This document shows, piece by piece, positions 25,747 through 39,146 of a DNA stretch of 64,000 nucleotides. This stretch comes from an uncultured delta proteobacterium (GTDB lineage: Bacteria; Myxococcota_A; Polyangia; Fen-1088). Position numbers and translations under genes: made by a program. The notes below the pieces were generated by a model that was given only the letters and a program-made list of their open reading frames with translations, ran no database searches and was not told the DNA's origin. The stretch is from contig CAVTRY010000012.1 of the NCBI GenBank assembly GCA_963737265.1, positions 192,001 to 256,000 on the forward strand. The letters run 5' to 3'. How positions within the stretch are numbered: the stretch's first letter is position 1; the number at the start of each line of letters is the position of its first letter.

Positions 25747-28700
25747 GTGGCCCCGCCGATAGCTCATAGGTCCACGACCGGTCCGTGGTACTCAACATCC
25801 TTGGAGACGTTGCGCTCCCTGCGGGAGAAGGTCGGGTTTCGTGGTCTGCACTCGGCCATCAGCGGCGCGGACGGCACGGTGTCGCGTGCTGACCCGGACG
25901 AGCAGCCGCTGCTGGCGGAGCTGTTCAGCGTCAGTCAGCTCGGACAGCACGCCAGGACGCTCGCGGGCTGGCACAAGCTCGCTCCCCGTGGCGGCAAGGG
26001 CAACGACCGCCTGCTCGCGCGGCTGACCGACAACGAAGACACGCTCGAGGATGCCCACGTCCTGGTCACCCAAGCGGTGAAACACGGTACGCGCATCACG
26101 CACGCCTCGGAATGGTTCATCGACAACTACCACCTCATCGAAGAACAGATCCGGATGGCGCGTCGCCACCTGCCGCGCGGCTACAGTCGCGAGCTGCCGA
26201 AGCTCGCCAACGCCCCGTCGCTCGGAGCTCCGCGCGTCTACGATATCGCCATCGAGCTCATTTCGCACTCGCATGGCCGCATCGATATTGAAGGCCTGCG
26301 CGCCTTCGTCGCGTCCTACCAGGCGTTAAGTCCGCTGCGCTTGGGCGAGCTGTGGGCCATTCCCATCATGCTGCGGCTGGCGCTGATCGAGAACTTGCGC
26401 CGCGTGGTCGGCCACGTCACCTCGGCGCTGCGCGACCGCGAGCGCGCCGGCTACTGGGTCGAACGCATGCTGGAGGTGGCGGCCAAGAACCCAGGCAAGG
26501 TCGTGCTGGTTCTCGCCGACATGGTCAGGGAAAGCCCGCCCATGACCAACGCCTTCGTGGCCGAGTTCGCCAGCCGCTTGCAAGGGCAAGGGCCGTCGCT
26601 GGTCTTTCCCATTTCGTGGCTCGAACAGCGGCTTTCCGAGCTCGGCCAAACCGTCGAGCACGTCTTTCAACTGGTCGGTCAAAGCCAGGCGTCGGACCAA
26701 GTTTCCGTGGGCAACAGTATCGGCAGCCTGCGCCTGCTCGGTGCCACCGATTGGCGCGATTTCGTCGAGGCCATGAGCGTGGTCGAGCGCACTCTGCGCG
26801 GCGACCCGACCGGCGTCTACCCGACCATGGACTTCGCCACGCGCGACCGCTATCGACTTGCCGTCGAGGACATCTCCAAGCGCAGTTCACTCTCCGAGGA
26901 TCAGGTGGCGCAAACGGCGCTGCAGCTCGCCCGCGACGCGAGCGCCGGCAGCGCCCAAGGTGCGGCGCAAAATGCACGCACAGACCACACCACCCATGTC
27001 GGGTACTTTCTCATTGGCGACGGCCGCGCCCAGCTCGAACGAGCGGCGCGCATGCGCCGGACACCGCGACAGTTTGCCCGCGGCCTCGGCCGCCGGTTTC
27101 ATTTCGTTCTCTTCACCGGCGCGATCACGCTCCTCACCGCCGCGATGACCGGATCTCTGGCGCGCGCGGCGACCGGTTTCCACACCTTTTCTCCGTGGGG
27201 TCTTGCCGCGGCGACGTTGATCTTCGCCGTCGGCTCAAGTCAGCTCGCCCTCGGGCTCGTCAACTGGGCCGCCACCCTCCTCGTCGGCCCGCGCGTTCTG
27301 CCCCGCCTCGACTTCTCGAAGGGCATTCCGGCCGAACACAGCACGGTGGTGGCGGTGCCGACACTTCTCACCGATGCCGCCGAGATCGACGGGCTGCTCG
27401 ATGCGCTCGAGGTTCGCTATCTTGCCAACCGCGACCCGCGCCTCTCGTTCGCGCTGCTGAGCGACTTTCGCGACGCCGCGGTGGAAACGCTGACAGGCGA
27501 CGCCGATCTGCTACAGCGAGCGCGGGCCGGAATCGACGCGCTCAACCAGCGCTACGCGTCCCCAGCGGCGGCCGCGCCGTTCTTTCTCTTCCACCGCGAG
27601 CGGCGTTGGAACCCGCGCGAAGGCGTGTGGATGGGCTGGGAGCGCAAGCGCGGCAAGATCGAGGCGTTCAACGAAACCGTTCGCGGCGCCACCGGTCGCT
27701 TCGACACCATGGTCGGCGACGTAACGTCGCTCCAGAGCGCAAAGTACGTCATCGCGCTCGACAGCGACACCCAACTTCCACGCGACGCCGCTCGGCTGCT
27801 CGCGGGCACGATGGCCCACCCGCTCAATCGTCCCATTTTCGACGAGAAGCTCGGCCGAGTCACCGGCGGCTACGCCATCCTTCAGCCGCGCGTCGCCACG
27901 ACCATGGCCAGCGCATGCCGCTCCCGCTTCGCCCTGCTCTTCGCCGGCGAGCCAGGCATCGATCCCTACACGCGCGCCGTCTCCGATGTGTATCAGGACC
28001 TATTCGACGAGGGATCGTTCGTCGGCAAGGGAATTTACGACGTCGATGCCTTCCAGAAAGCCCTGGGCGGCCGGCTGCCCCAAAACCGCATCCTCAGCCA
28101 CGACTTGCTCGAAGGCGCTTACGCCCGCTCCGGCCTGGCCAGCGACATCATTCTGTTCGACGAGTTTCCGTCTTCCTACACTGCCGATATCAGCCGCCGC
28201 TACCGCTGGATGCGCGGCGATTGGCAGATCACGCCGTGGCTGCGCTCGCGGGTGCCCGGGGCAAGCGGCCTGCGCGTGAAAAATCCCATTTCGCTGCTGT
28301 CGCGCTGGAAGGTTCTCGACAACCTTCGCCGCAGCCTGGTGCCTATTGCGCTGATGATCTTGCTACTGGTGGGTTGGGCGATTCCGGGCGCGGCGAGGCT
28401 GACGACGTTGGTGATGGCGGCCATTCTATTGCTGCCCGGCCTGTTCGCGGCGGCTACCCTGCTGGCACGCCGGCCGAACGAGGTTCCCCGCTACCACCAC
28501 CTGCGCGAAATCGGGCGCGCCCAGGCCGTGCAACTTCATCGCGAGATATACGCGCTCGCCTGTTTGCCGTACGAGGCGTTCGTCTCCCTCACCGCGATTG
28601 TGCGCACCGCCGGGCGCGTGCTCGTCACCCATCGCAAGCTGCTCGAATGGAGAACCGCCAGCGACGGCCAGCGCGCCGCCCGCACCACGCTCGTCGGTTT

Positions 28701-31700
28701 CTACGCGACGATGTGGACGGCCCCGCTGATCGCGGCGGTTACCATCGTCGGCCTCAAGGCGCGACATCCGGTGGCGCTTGTGGTCGCGGCACCCGTGATC
28801 GGCCTCTGGCTTCTGGCACCGGCCTGGGCGTGGTGGCTCGGTCGCGCGATCCGTTCGGCGGAGCCTCACCTTGCCACCGCCGACGTCCGCTTCCTGCGCA
28901 TGCTCGCGCGCCGGACTTGGCGGTTCTTCGAGACCTTCGTGACGGCGGAAGGCAACTATCTTCCGGCCGACAACTTCCAGGAAGATCCGCCGCGCGGCGC
29001 CGCCCATCGCACCTCGCCCACCAACATCGGCCTGTCCCTCACCGCCAGTCTCACCGCCTACGACTTGGGCTACCTGTCCTCGACCGACCTCGCGGAGCGC
29101 ACGCAGCTGACATTGGCATCGATGGACAAGCTGCAGCGCCACCGCGGCCACTTCTACAACTGGTACGACACGCACACGCTCGAGCCTTTGCGTCCGACCT
29201 ATGTCTCCACGGTCGACAGCGGGAACCTTGCCGGCCATTTGATCGCGCTCGCCGCCGGCTTGAACGAAATTGGCGGGCACAAAATCCTTCGCTCGGAGAT
29301 CTTTGCCGGTCTCGTCGACACCTTGGATGTGATCGCCGAGGCCGCCCCGTCCGCGGCCGAGGTGCTGGCCGAAGCGACGCGCCTGCGCTTGCAGCTCGCG
29401 ACTCCGCCCCGCACGCTGTCGGACTCTCTTGCGCTGCTCAGGCGGCTGATTGCGGGCGGACAAGATCTGGCCCGCGTGGCCACGCCGCAAAACAACGAGG
29501 AATCGGCCTGGTGGATTCACGCCTTTGCGGCCGAGTCCCAGCGCGCCTTCGATCAACTGGCGCACATGGTCCCTTGGCTGGATGTGCCGTGTGCGCCGGC
29601 CGAGATGGGTGACTTGCGCGCGACGCTCTCGCCGCCCGATGAGATACCCACCCTGGCCGAGACCGCGCTCTTGGCGCAAGCACTGGTGCCCGCCATCGAC
29701 CGAGGGCTGGCCAGTGCGACGGCGGTCGAGAGCGCGTGGCTAAAGACACTGCGCAGCGCCGTGTTGCTGGCATCGGAACGGGCCGCCGAGCAACTGTCCC
29801 TGCTGCGGCGACTGGCGGCTCGCTGCGGGGAGCTCGCCGACCTCGACTACGAATTCCTCTACGACCGCGAACGCCACCTGTTGTCGATCGGCTACAACAC
29901 CGCCAGTCGCCGCCTCGACGGAGGTTTCTACGATCTGCTGGCCTCCGAGGCGCGCCTGGCCAGCTTCGTCGCCATCGCGCAAGGCAAGCTGCCGCAGGAA
30001 CACTGGTTCAGCCTGGGCCGACTACTCACCACGTCGGGCGGCAAACCGTCGCTGCTGTCGTGGAGCGGCTCGATGTTCGAGTATCTCATGCCGCTGCTGA
30101 TCATGCCGACCTACGCCGGCACGATTCTCGACGAAACCTATCATGGGGTGGTCGAACGCCAGATTGATTACGGCCGCGAACGCAACGTCCCGTGGGGCGT
30201 CTCCGAATCCGGCTACAACAAGACCGACGCGCAACTCAATTACCAATACCGCGCCTTTGGCGTTCCGGGATTGGGTTTCAAGCGCGGGCTCGGCAACGAC
30301 TTGGTCATCGCACCGTATGCCAGCGCGATGGCCCTGATGGTCGCGCCCGATCTCGCCTGCGCCAATCTGCGCCGCATGGCCCGCGACGGGCTGCTCGGCG
30401 CCTACGGTTTCTACGAGGCCGTCGACTACACCCCCGATCGCCTCACGCGCGACGAGCGTCGTTTCGTCGTGCGCTCGTACATGGCGCATCACCAGGGCAT
30501 GGCGTTTCTCTCGCTTTCGTACCTGCTCGCCCACCGGCCGATGCAGCGCCGCTTCGACTCGAACCCAGCATTTCGTGCCACCGACCTGTTGTTGCAAGAA
30601 CGGGTGCCGCGCGCGCCGTTCATCTACCCGCATCCCGCCGAGGTGTCGTCCGCCAGCGAGCCGGCCACGAACACCGAGAACAATTATCGCGTCTTCACCA
30701 CGCCGAACACGCCCGTGCCCGCAGTGCACCTGCTGTCCAACGGCAGCTACCACGTCGCCATCACCAACGCGGGCGGCGGCTACAGCCAATGGCGCGATCT
30801 CGCGGTTACGCGCTGGCATGAAGATCCCACGCGCGACTGTTGGGGCAGCTTCTGCTACCTGCGCGACGTCACCAGCGGCGCGTTCTGGTCGGTGGCGCAC
30901 CAACCATCGCTGCAGCGGGCGACAAGCTACGAAGCCATCTATTCGCAGGGTCGCGCCGAGTTCCGCCGCCGCGACGGCGACATCGACACCCACGTGGAGA
31001 TCAGCATTTCGCCCGAGGACGACATCGAGCTGCGCCGGGTGACCCTCAACAACCGCGGGCGAACCCCGCGCACCATCGAGCTCACGAGCTACGCCGAAGT
31101 GGTGCTCGCCCCACCCGCCGCCGACGCCGCCCATCCCGCTTTCAGCAATCTGTTCGTGCAAAGCGAGCTCTTGCGTCAGCGCCAGGCCATCCTGTGCACG
31201 CGCCGGCCGCGCTCGGGCGGCGATCGCCCGCCGTGGATGCTGCACCTTATGACCGTGCAAGGTACGCAGGTGGGGGCGACATCGTTTGCAACCAGCCGCG
31301 CGGAGTTCATCGGCCGCGGCCGCTCGGTCGCCGATCCCGTGGCCATGCACCAGGCGGCGCTCGGCAACAGCGAAGGCGCCGTTCTCGATCCGGTGGTGGC
31401 CATTCGCAATACCGTGTTGCTTGCGCCCGACGAGACCGTGCAAATCCACATCGTGACCGGTGTCGCCGAGACCCGCGAAGGCGCGACCGGCCTGGTGGAA
31501 AAGTACAACGACCGCCACTCGGCCGATCGCGTGCTCGACCTGTCCTGGACGCACAGTCAGGTGGTGCTGCGACAGCTCGACGTCAGCGAGGCCGACACGC
31601 AACTCTTCGAACGCCTGGCCAGCAACATCCTCTACGCCAACCCGACCTTGCGCGCCCCGCGCAGTATCATCGCCCGCAACCGCAGGGATCAGTCCGCGCT

Positions 31701-34593
31701 GTGGGCGTACGGCATCTCGGGCGACCTGCCCATCGTTCTCGTGCGCATCGCCGACCGCGAGCAGATGGGCCTGGTCCAGCAACTGGTGAAGGCGCACGCC
31801 TATTGGCGCCTTAAGGGCTTGGCCGCGGATTTGGTGATCTGGAATGAGGACACCTCGGGCTACCGGCAAGTCCTGCACGACGAGATCATGGGCGCCATCG
31901 GCGCGCCCGCCGAGGCCAGTTTGCTCGACCGGCCGGGCGGTATCTTCGTACGCCGGAGCGAACAGCTCTCCGAAGAGGACAAAGTCCTTATGCAGACCGT
32001 GGCGCGTCTCATCGTCAGCGACTCCGACGGCCCGCTCGCCGAACAGATAGGCCGGCGCTTCCACGTCGAGATGCCACCGCCTCTTCTCCCAGGCAAGGAT
32101 CGATCGGCCGATTTGCCGATGCCGAGAGCGCTCGCGCCATTTAGCACGCGCCCGCTCAAGCGCCCCGATCTGAGCGCGTTCAACGGCCTCGGCGGCTTTA
32201 CCCACGACGGACGCGAGTACGTCATCACCACGACCACGCACTCCCCCACGCCAGCGCCCTGGGTGAACGTGCTCGCGAATCCGTGGTTCGGCACCGTGGT
32301 CAGCGAAAGCGGCAGCGCCTACACCTTCTGCGAGAACGCGCACAGCTATCGCCTGACCCCGTGGCACAACGACCCGGTCAGCGATGACAGCGGCGAGGCC
32401 TTCTACCTGCGCGACGAGAGCGATGGCAGCTTCTGGTCGCCCACCCTTCTGCCGGCGGGCGGGCCGATCGCCCTACACCACCCGCCACGGCTTCGGCTAC
32501 AGCGTGTTCGAGCACAGCGAGAGCGGCATCGCCACCGAGCTGCGCACCTTCGTGGCCACCGACGCGCCGCTCAAGTTCATGCTGCTCAAAGTGCGCAACC
32601 TATCGGGCCGGGCGCGGCGCTTGTCGGTCACGGGCTTCTTCGAGCTGGTACTCGGCGCCAACCGCCCCGTCAACCTGCCCCACATCGTCACCGAGGTCGA
32701 TCCAGGTAGCGGCGGCCTGTTCGCGCGCAACGCCTACAGCAACGAGTTCGCCAAACGCGTCGCCTTTCTCGACTGCAGCGAACGCATTCGCTCCGTCAGC
32801 GGCGATCGTCTCGAGTTCATCGGCCGCAACGGCAATCTGTCCCGGCCCGCCAGCATGCGACGCTCGCGCCTTTCCGGCCGCGTCGGCGCGGGGCTCGATC
32901 CATGCCTGGCCATGCAGGTCGAATTGGACTTGGCCGACGGCCAGGAGCGCGAGATCGCCTTCACCTTCGGCTCCGGGCGCGATCTTGCCGATGCCCGCTC
33001 GCTGCTGCACCGATTTCGCGGCACCGGCCCGGCCAATGCCGCTCTCGAAGGGGTATGGTCGTACTGGAACCGAGCCCTGGGCGCGGTCAACGTGGAGACG
33101 CCGGATGCTTCGCTGAACTTTCTCGCCAACGGCTGGCTGCTTTATCAGACCTTGGCGGCGCGCATGTGGGCCCGCAGCGGCTTTTACCAATCGGGCGGCG
33201 CATTCGGTTTTCGCGACCAGCTTCAGGACGCGATGGCGCTAGTGCACGCCGAGCCGGCCATCCTGCGCGAGCAACTCCTGCGTTCGGCCGGCCGCCAGTT
33301 CCGCGAGGGCGACGTCCAGCACTGGTGGCATCCGCCCATGGGGCGCGGCGTGCGCACGCACATCTCGGACGACTACCTGTGGCTTCCCTACGCCGTCTGC
33401 CGCTACGTCGCCACCTTGGGCGACACCGGCGTGCTCGACGGAAAGAGTCCGCTTTCTCGAAGGCCACGCCGTCAAGCCCGAGGAAGACAGCTACTACGAC
33501 TTGCCCGGCCAGTCGGAAGAATCGGCCACGCTCTACGAGCACTGCGTGCGCGCCATCAAGAACGGACTGCGCGTCGGGCCAGCACGGTCTGCCGCTCATG
33601 GGCAGCGGCGACTGGAACGACGGCATGAATCTCGTGGGCGAGCACGGCAAGGGCGAAAGCGTCTGGCTGGCGTTCTTCCTCTACGACGTGCTGGTGCGCT
33701 TCGCCGACATCGCACGCACGCAGAACGACGTCGCCTTCGCCGACCGGTGCGTAGCCGAGGCCGCCCACTTGCGCGACAACATCGAGAAGCACGCCTGGGA
33801 CGGCGAATGGTACCGCCGCGCCTACTTCGACAACGGCGAGCCGCTCGGGTCGTCTACCAATCCCGAGTGCCAAATCGATTCGTTGCCGCAGAGCTGGTCG
33901 GTGCTGTCCCGGGCCGGCGATCCGGCGCGCGCGCGCCAGGCGCTCGATGCCCGTCGACCGCCGCCTGGTGAGGCGCGATCTGCGGCCTCGTCCAGCTCTT
34001 CGATCCGCCCTTCGACAAGTCCGACCTGAAACCCGGCTACGTCAAAGGCTACGTGCCCGGCGTCCGCGAAAACGGCGGCCAGTACACCCACGCCGCGGTC
34101 TGGGCGGCCATGGCCTTCGCCGCCGCTGGCGACACCCACCGCGCCTGGGAGCTGTTCGACCTCATCAATCCCGTGCGCCACGGCGACAGCCCCGCCACCA
34201 TCGCCACTTACAAGGTCGAGCCCTACGTCGTCGCCGCCGACGTCTACACCAACCCCGCAGCACGCCGGCCGCGGCGGCTGGACCTGGTACACCGGCTCGG
34301 CGGGCTGGATGTATCGCCTCATCGTCGAGTCGCTGCTCGGCTTGCAGCGCGAGCGCGACCACCTGCACATCACCCCGCTCATCCCCCGCACGTGGGAAGG
34401 TTTCGACCTGCACTACCGCTACTACCAAAGCACCTACCACATTCACGTGCGCAACCTTGGCGGCGATGGCCGCGCCGTCGCGCGCGTGCGCTGCGACGGC
34501 GCCGACCAACCTAAACGAACTATTCCCCTTCACGACGACGGCCAAGATCACCAAGTCGAAGTCGAGCTCGGGACGCCGACTGACGGTTCCTGA
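25747..34593 (+). CDS. ndvB: Cyclic beta-1,2-glucan synthase/phosphorylase (Cgs/NdvB; GT84+GH94) with six +1 frameshifts in the 3' part
   Basis: WERKRGK, LDSDT, GKGIY, LSHDLLEG, RWMRGDWQ, RTSPTNIG, DLLASEARL, SWSGSMFEY; GH94 motifs GFRDQLQD, GDWNDG, RENGGQYTH, WYTGSAGW reached across frame changes; start uncertain. Confidence 0.9.
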
Positions 34594-34749
34594 TCAGGTC
34601 AAATCCCGGCCTCTATTGCAACTTCAGCCAATTGTAAGCGATGGCACGATGCCACGACAGGTTCACGCGGGCTGCGTCCTCGCTTCCCGTGTGTTAGACC
34701 AACCCTGCGGCCCCGGCATTCGCGGCGCCGACACGAAGAAAAAAGGCTC

Positions 34750-35958
34750 ATGAAACGTCCATCATCGTTCCCCCTGTCCCGGCCGGCATCCTCCGTAGCA
34801 GAGCTCACGCGCCGATTCGCCGATCTCCTCTCTGGTGTGGCCGAAGAAGCCGCCACGAAACGCGGTGAGGAAATCATCGCGGCGATCTTTTCCAGCGTCT
34901 CTGACGGAAGGATTTTTCCCGGCGGAAAGGGCGCGGCAAGGCGCGCGGCGGCTGAACGCCGTCGGCTCGTCGCCAGGTTCACCCGGCAGATCGTCGGCGC
35001 CATCGAGCAGTCGATGCATGCTCGCGTACGCGAGCTTCTCGACCATGGACTAACCGGCTCTGGGCGGGTCAAGCAGGCCACTCAAGCGGCCGATCCGTCG
35101 CCGCAGGAGCCTGACTTAGCAGCGGTAGAGTTGCCACAGCGCCGCCAGATTTCCCGACGTCGGCCAAATCTCTTGCAACCCCCTCCGCTCGATCCGGAGC
35201 AAATCAAGCGCGACGCTGAGTTTGCGCGGCTGCGCGCGCTGCTCAAGCCCATGGCCGAGGAGGTCGCGCCGCGCGCAAGCCCGGCGGTCGCCCCGACACC
35301 CGCGCCCCAACCACAGCGTCCGCAAACTCCGGCAGAATTCCTGCGCGCGCTGGAGCAGGAGATCATGAACGGCGTGCCTTTTCTCGGCGATCTCGGCCCC
35401 GAGCGCTGTGGCGCCCAAATCGCGGTGTGGGCCGGCCTGGCACGCGAGCTGCGCGATCGACTTGCCCCCGATTTTGCCGCCACCATGCGGCCCGCATTTC
35501 GCATCTTCTTCGAACACCTCACCCAGCTTCGCGATCAAATGGAGACCCAGATCGTGGATGCGCTCGAGCCCACCTGGACACCTCCGGACTGGAGCAGCTA
35601 CGTGGAAGTCAATCGCGCGCGCGTGGAAGGGCGCGCCCCGGATATCTCCACCGACAGGCTACACGTCCATCACCGAACCATGTTGCGTGCGCTGACACTA
35701 CAGCACCGCCGGCGTGCGCCCGAGGAGGTCTCGCCGATTATCACGGCGGCCGCGGCAGTTCTGCCGGCAAGCGATCCGCAGCTTCAGTCCACGGTTAGGA
35801 GGTTCGGCTCGACCTGGAAAGCGCCCGCGGCGCCAGCGGCGGCGCATCCGCCGCGCGACGCGAAGACGCCCGGCGGCGCCGCCCTTCCCGTGGAGCCCGA
35901 AAACAAGAGGGACGAAAAGGAACCCGACAGCGACTTCGATCAGACCTGGACCAAGTAA
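34750..35958 (+). CDS. Hypothetical helical, Pro-rich protein
   Basis: 402-aa ORF filling the gap between genes; no recognised motif. Confidence 0.6.
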   Translation: MKRPSSFPLSRPASSVAELTRRFADLLSGVAEEAATKRGEEIIAAIFSSVSDGRIFPGGKGAARRAAAERRRLVARFTRQIVGAIEQSMHARVRELLDHGLTGSGRVKQATQAADPSPQEPDLAAVELPQRRQISRRRPNLLQPPPLDPEQIKRDAEFARLRALLKPMAEEVAPRASPAVAPTPAPQPQRPQTPAEFLRALEQEIMNGVPFLGDLGPERCGAQIAVWAGLARELRDRLAPDFAATMRPAFRIFFEHLTQLRDQMETQIVDALEPTWTPPDWSSYVEVNRARVEGRAPDISTDRLHVHHRTMLRALTLQHRRRAPEEVSPIITAAAAVLPASDPQLQSTVRRFGSTWKAPAAPAAAHPPRDAKTPGGAALPVEPENKRDEKEPDSDFDQTWTK

Positions 35959-36054
35959 AGCCCATGCCTGTCGGCGCGCATGTGCGGCCGTGCCCGCAAC
36001 CTGCGTTTCACCGCCGAGGAGATTGGCGGAGCAAGCTAGGCTGGAGAATCCGCG

Positions 36055-36627
36055 ATGGACATCGTGCTACATTTCTTTCGTCGTATGTTCACCGAGAAGC
36101 CGTTTGCGCTCCTCGCGTGGCCGGTGGCGGCGATGGTTGTTGGCACCCTGATGCGCGCGCTTCTGGGCAAGCACGCCAGCCGACTTGCCATCGTTCCGCG
36201 AACCCTGGGCGGGCTGGTGGGAATCGTCAGCGCTCCCTTCGTGCACGGTAATGCCGCGCACTTGGCCGCCAATCTTCCGCCCTTTGTGGTGCTGGGCGCC
36301 TTGGTGCTCAGGCACGGCGAGCGGGCCTTCGTCACGACCGCGACGATTATCGCGCTCGGCTCCGGCTTGTTGCTGTGGTTACTCGGCCGCGCAGCCGCGC
36401 ACATGGGCGGAAGCGGCGTGATTTTCGGCTTCTTCGGCTATCTCGTTGCGCTGGCCTACCTCACCCGCGCCGTCACCGACGTGCTCATCGCTGGCGCCAT
36501 TGTCCTGCTCTACGGCTCCATGCTGGCTGGAATCAAACCCGCCCGTAACGGCACATCATGGGAGGGCCATCTCTTCGGCCTCGTCGCCGGCATCGCCACC
36601 GCGTGGGCGAAGTCGGGAAAATTCTAG
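36055..36627 (+). CDS. Rhomboid family intramembrane serine protease
   Basis: HGNAAHLAAN, GGSG, SWEGHLFG. Confidence 0.9.
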   Translation: MDIVLHFFRRMFTEKPFALLAWPVAAMVVGTLMRALLGKHASRLAIVPRTLGGLVGIVSAPFVHGNAAHLAANLPPFVVLGALVLRHGERAFVTTATIIALGSGLLLWLLGRAAAHMGGSGVIFGFFGYLVALAYLTRAVTDVLIAGAIVLLYGSMLAGIKPARNGTSWEGHLFGLVAGIATAWAKSGKF

Positions 36628-36690
36628 ATGTGGGTCTATAGACCACCGCGTAGTTCCTGCTTTACAAGGGTCGGAATCGGTTGTTCGCGG

Positions 36691-37803
36691 TCAGAAGCGA
36701 CAGAATTCTTGTAGCTCTTCTCGACTGATGCCTCGCTTGTGTCGGCGCGAACATTGATGAATGCGCGCCAATAGGGCGTCCAAGTCGACGTCTGGCAGAT
36801 TCCAACCCGCGGCGGACAGTGCTGCTCGCACGCTCGCCTTGCCTGAATGCTTGCCAAGAACGATCCCGCTGCCATCCCGACCGACGCGGGCCGGCTCGAA
36901 AGGCTGATAGGCCAAGCTGTCTTTCTCCAAACCGGCGCAATGGATCCCGGACTCGTGACGAAAGGCTGAATCGCCCAAGATGGGTTTGCTGGTCGGGATG
37001 CTTCGTCCGGCGGCGCTCATGACCAATCGTCCGAGCGGCATCAATTGCGACGTCGCCACGCCGGTCCTCCCCGACGAATGCATGTCGAGCACCATGACCA
37101 CTTCTTCGAGGGCAGCGTTCCCCGCCCGTTCGCCGAGGCCGGCAACCGTGACGTCCACCGAGGTTGCGCCAGCTTCGATGGCGGCCAGGGAATTGGCGGT
37201 GGCCAGGCCCAAGTCGTTGTGGGCGTGAAAGCCGAGCGCCATGTCGCCCGCGTGTTCGAGCGCGGCTTCCACCAGACGCTCGGTCAAACGCGGAGTGAGC
37301 ACCCCAACGGTGTCGGCCAAGCGAACGCGATCCGCCCCGCCGGTTCGCGCAGCCGCGACGAATTGACGAAGGAACGCCAAGGAGGCGCGACTGGCGTCTT
37401 GGGCGCCAACCGATACGAATTGAAAGTGCCCGCGCGCATAGTCGAGTAGTGTTGCCAATTCCAGCAGAACGGATTGTTCGCTCTGTTTGAAACACGCCAT
37501 GAGCCGCGGCGAGACGGGAAAGGACATATGCACCGCCGACAGCTCGCACGCGACAGCCGCGTCGATATCCGACCGGCGGGCCCTGCACCACGCGGTCATG
37601 CGAACGCAACCGTCCAATTCCAGGAGGGCGCGAATATCCTCTATTTCCTCCTTCCCCATCGCCGGCGTTCCCACCTCCAGCTCGGGCACGCCCGCCGCCG
37701 CCAGGGCGCGCGCGATGCTCAGTTTCTCGGCGCGCGAAAAGACCACGCCAGGGGCTTGCTCGCCGTCGCGCAGGGTGGTGTCCACCAGCCAGACGTTCTT
37801 CAC
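36691..37803 (-). CDS. nifV: Homocitrate synthase
   Basis: [40 protein letters not shown]; GTG start overlaps the nifB stop; nif context. Confidence 0.9.
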   Translation of the reverse strand: MKNVWLVDTTLRDGEQAPGVVFSRAEKLSIARALAAAGVPELEVGTPAMGKEEIEDIRALLELDGCVRMTAWCRARRSDIDAAVACELSAVHMSFPVSPRLMACFKQSEQSVLLELATLLDYARGHFQFVSVGAQDASRASLAFLRQFVAAARTGGADRVRLADTVGVLTPRLTERLVEAALEHAGDMALGFHAHNDLGLATANSLAAIEAGATSVDVTVAGLGERAGNAALEEVVMVLDMHSSGRTGVATSQLMPLGRLVMSAAGRSIPTSKPILGDSAFRHESGIHCAGLEKDSLAYQPFEPARVGRDGSGIVLGKHSGKASVRAALSAAGWNLPDVDLDALLARIHQCSRRHKRGISREELQEFCRF

Positions 37804-39104
37804 GAGCAACCCCCGCCCCCGCCACCGCAACCTAGTCCGCAGCCTTTGAAGGCCTTGCGCAGTGATGGGGGAATCGGCTTGCCGCCAAACACCGCCCCAA
37901 GACCATCGTCGATGAGTCCCTCCATTTCCACAATTTCGATTCCCCGCCCCGTCAACACGCGTCGTGGCGCCGAACCCACGCCCGAGGTCAGAAGCGCCCG
38001 GCAGTCGTGCAAAAGGTCCGCCAAGTCCAGCCATCGCTTGACGCCGCTGCCGGAATCTGGGGCCGTCCTGACCGCAACGTGCTCCGCCACGCCGTCCCTT
38101 TCGGCGAAGATGTAGAGCTTCTCCGCCTCACCGACATGTTGATTGACCAACATTCCCTCGCGCGAAGCAACCGCGACGTAGGGCCGATCGCGCGTGGGCT
38201 TGCTCGGCAAGAAGGCGAACTCGCGCGGATCGGGAACGTCGAGCGCGGTCTCGCCCACCAGACCACAGGCATCCGCGCGACAGCGAGAGCAATGAGCCAT
38301 TTGCGGCAACTGTTCTCCAGCCACGTGGCGAACACGCTCCATCACATCCGCGCTCGGCTCGCCCAGGACCTCAAACGGCGTTCCTTTGACGGGCACCATC
38401 GCCATAGTATTCATAATCTTGGCGCCCATGGCGCGAACTTCCTCGGCGACACTTCCAATCTCGCTGTCGTTGATTCCCGGCAGGACGATGGTATTCACCT
38501 TCACCAAGATGGGTGTTTCCCTCAGGCGCGCCAGCGCCTCTCGTTGCCGCGCCAAGAGCAATTCCGAGCCCTGCACGCCGCGATAGGCACTGTTCCCATT
38601 GCGTACCCAGCGGTAGATCTTCGCCCCAACCGCCGGGTTGACCGTATTGATGGTCATCGTCACGTGACTGACCTTGAGCTCGACCAATTCGTCGATATAT
38701 TCGACAAGTCCGAGCCCGTTGGTCGCAACGCAAAGGAGAATATTGGGAAATTCCTCGCGCACGAGACGAAGGGTTTCCATGGTTTCGACAGGATTGGCGA
38801 AAGGATCGCCCGGGCCCGCGATCCCCACCACGGACAGGTGAGGCATCTTCGCGTAGACCGCCTTCAAATAGGACAGCGCCTGGAAAGGTGACAGCAACAC
38901 GCTGGAAACACCGGGACGAGTTTCATTGGCGCAATCGAACGAACGGTCGCAGTAGTTGCACTGCAGGTTGCATTTCGGCGCCACCGGTAAGTGCACACGC
39001 GCCGACTGCTTGTAAACGTCCTTATTGAAACATGGATGATTGGTAACATCCAGTTTAGCTGTCGTCGAACGCACAGAATAGAGTCTGTTTGCTGGGTCTG
39101 ACAT
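37800..39104 (-). CDS. nifB: Nitrogenase cofactor radical SAM protein with C-terminal NifX-like domain
   Basis: [23 protein letters not shown], TxTxN, CSRCRADA; VNQHVGEA in the NifX-like domain. Confidence 0.97.
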   Translation of the reverse strand: MSDPANRLYSVRSTTAKLDVTNHPCFNKDVYKQSARVHLPVAPKCNLQCNYCDRSFDCANETRPGVSSVLLSPFQALSYLKAVYAKMPHLSVVGIAGPGDPFANPVETMETLRLVREEFPNILLCVATNGLGLVEYIDELVELKVSHVTMTINTVNPAVGAKIYRWVRNGNSAYRGVQGSELLLARQREALARLRETPILVKVNTIVLPGINDSEIGSVAEEVRAMGAKIMNTMAMVPVKGTPFEVLGEPSADVMERVRHVAGEQLPQMAHCSRCRADACGLVGETALDVPDPREFAFLPSKPTRDRPYVAVASREGMLVNQHVGEAEKLYIFAERDGVAEHVAVRTAPDSGSGVKRWLDLADLLHDCRALLTSGVGSAPRRVLTGRGIEIVEMEGLIDDGLGAVFGGKPIPPSLRKAFKGCGLGCGGGGGGCS

Positions 39105-39146
39105 CGCTTGCCTCTACTACCTGACAGATGCAATGCGCGGGCCGAA

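Noticed and set aside
32455-34265. Programmed frameshifting or phase variation in cgs
   Set aside because: Six scattered +1 events in short runs with no slippery heptamers; sequencing error is more parsimonious
37804-38034. Extended N-terminus of NifV
   Set aside because: Overlaps the nifB 3' end; the GTGA overlap marks the real start
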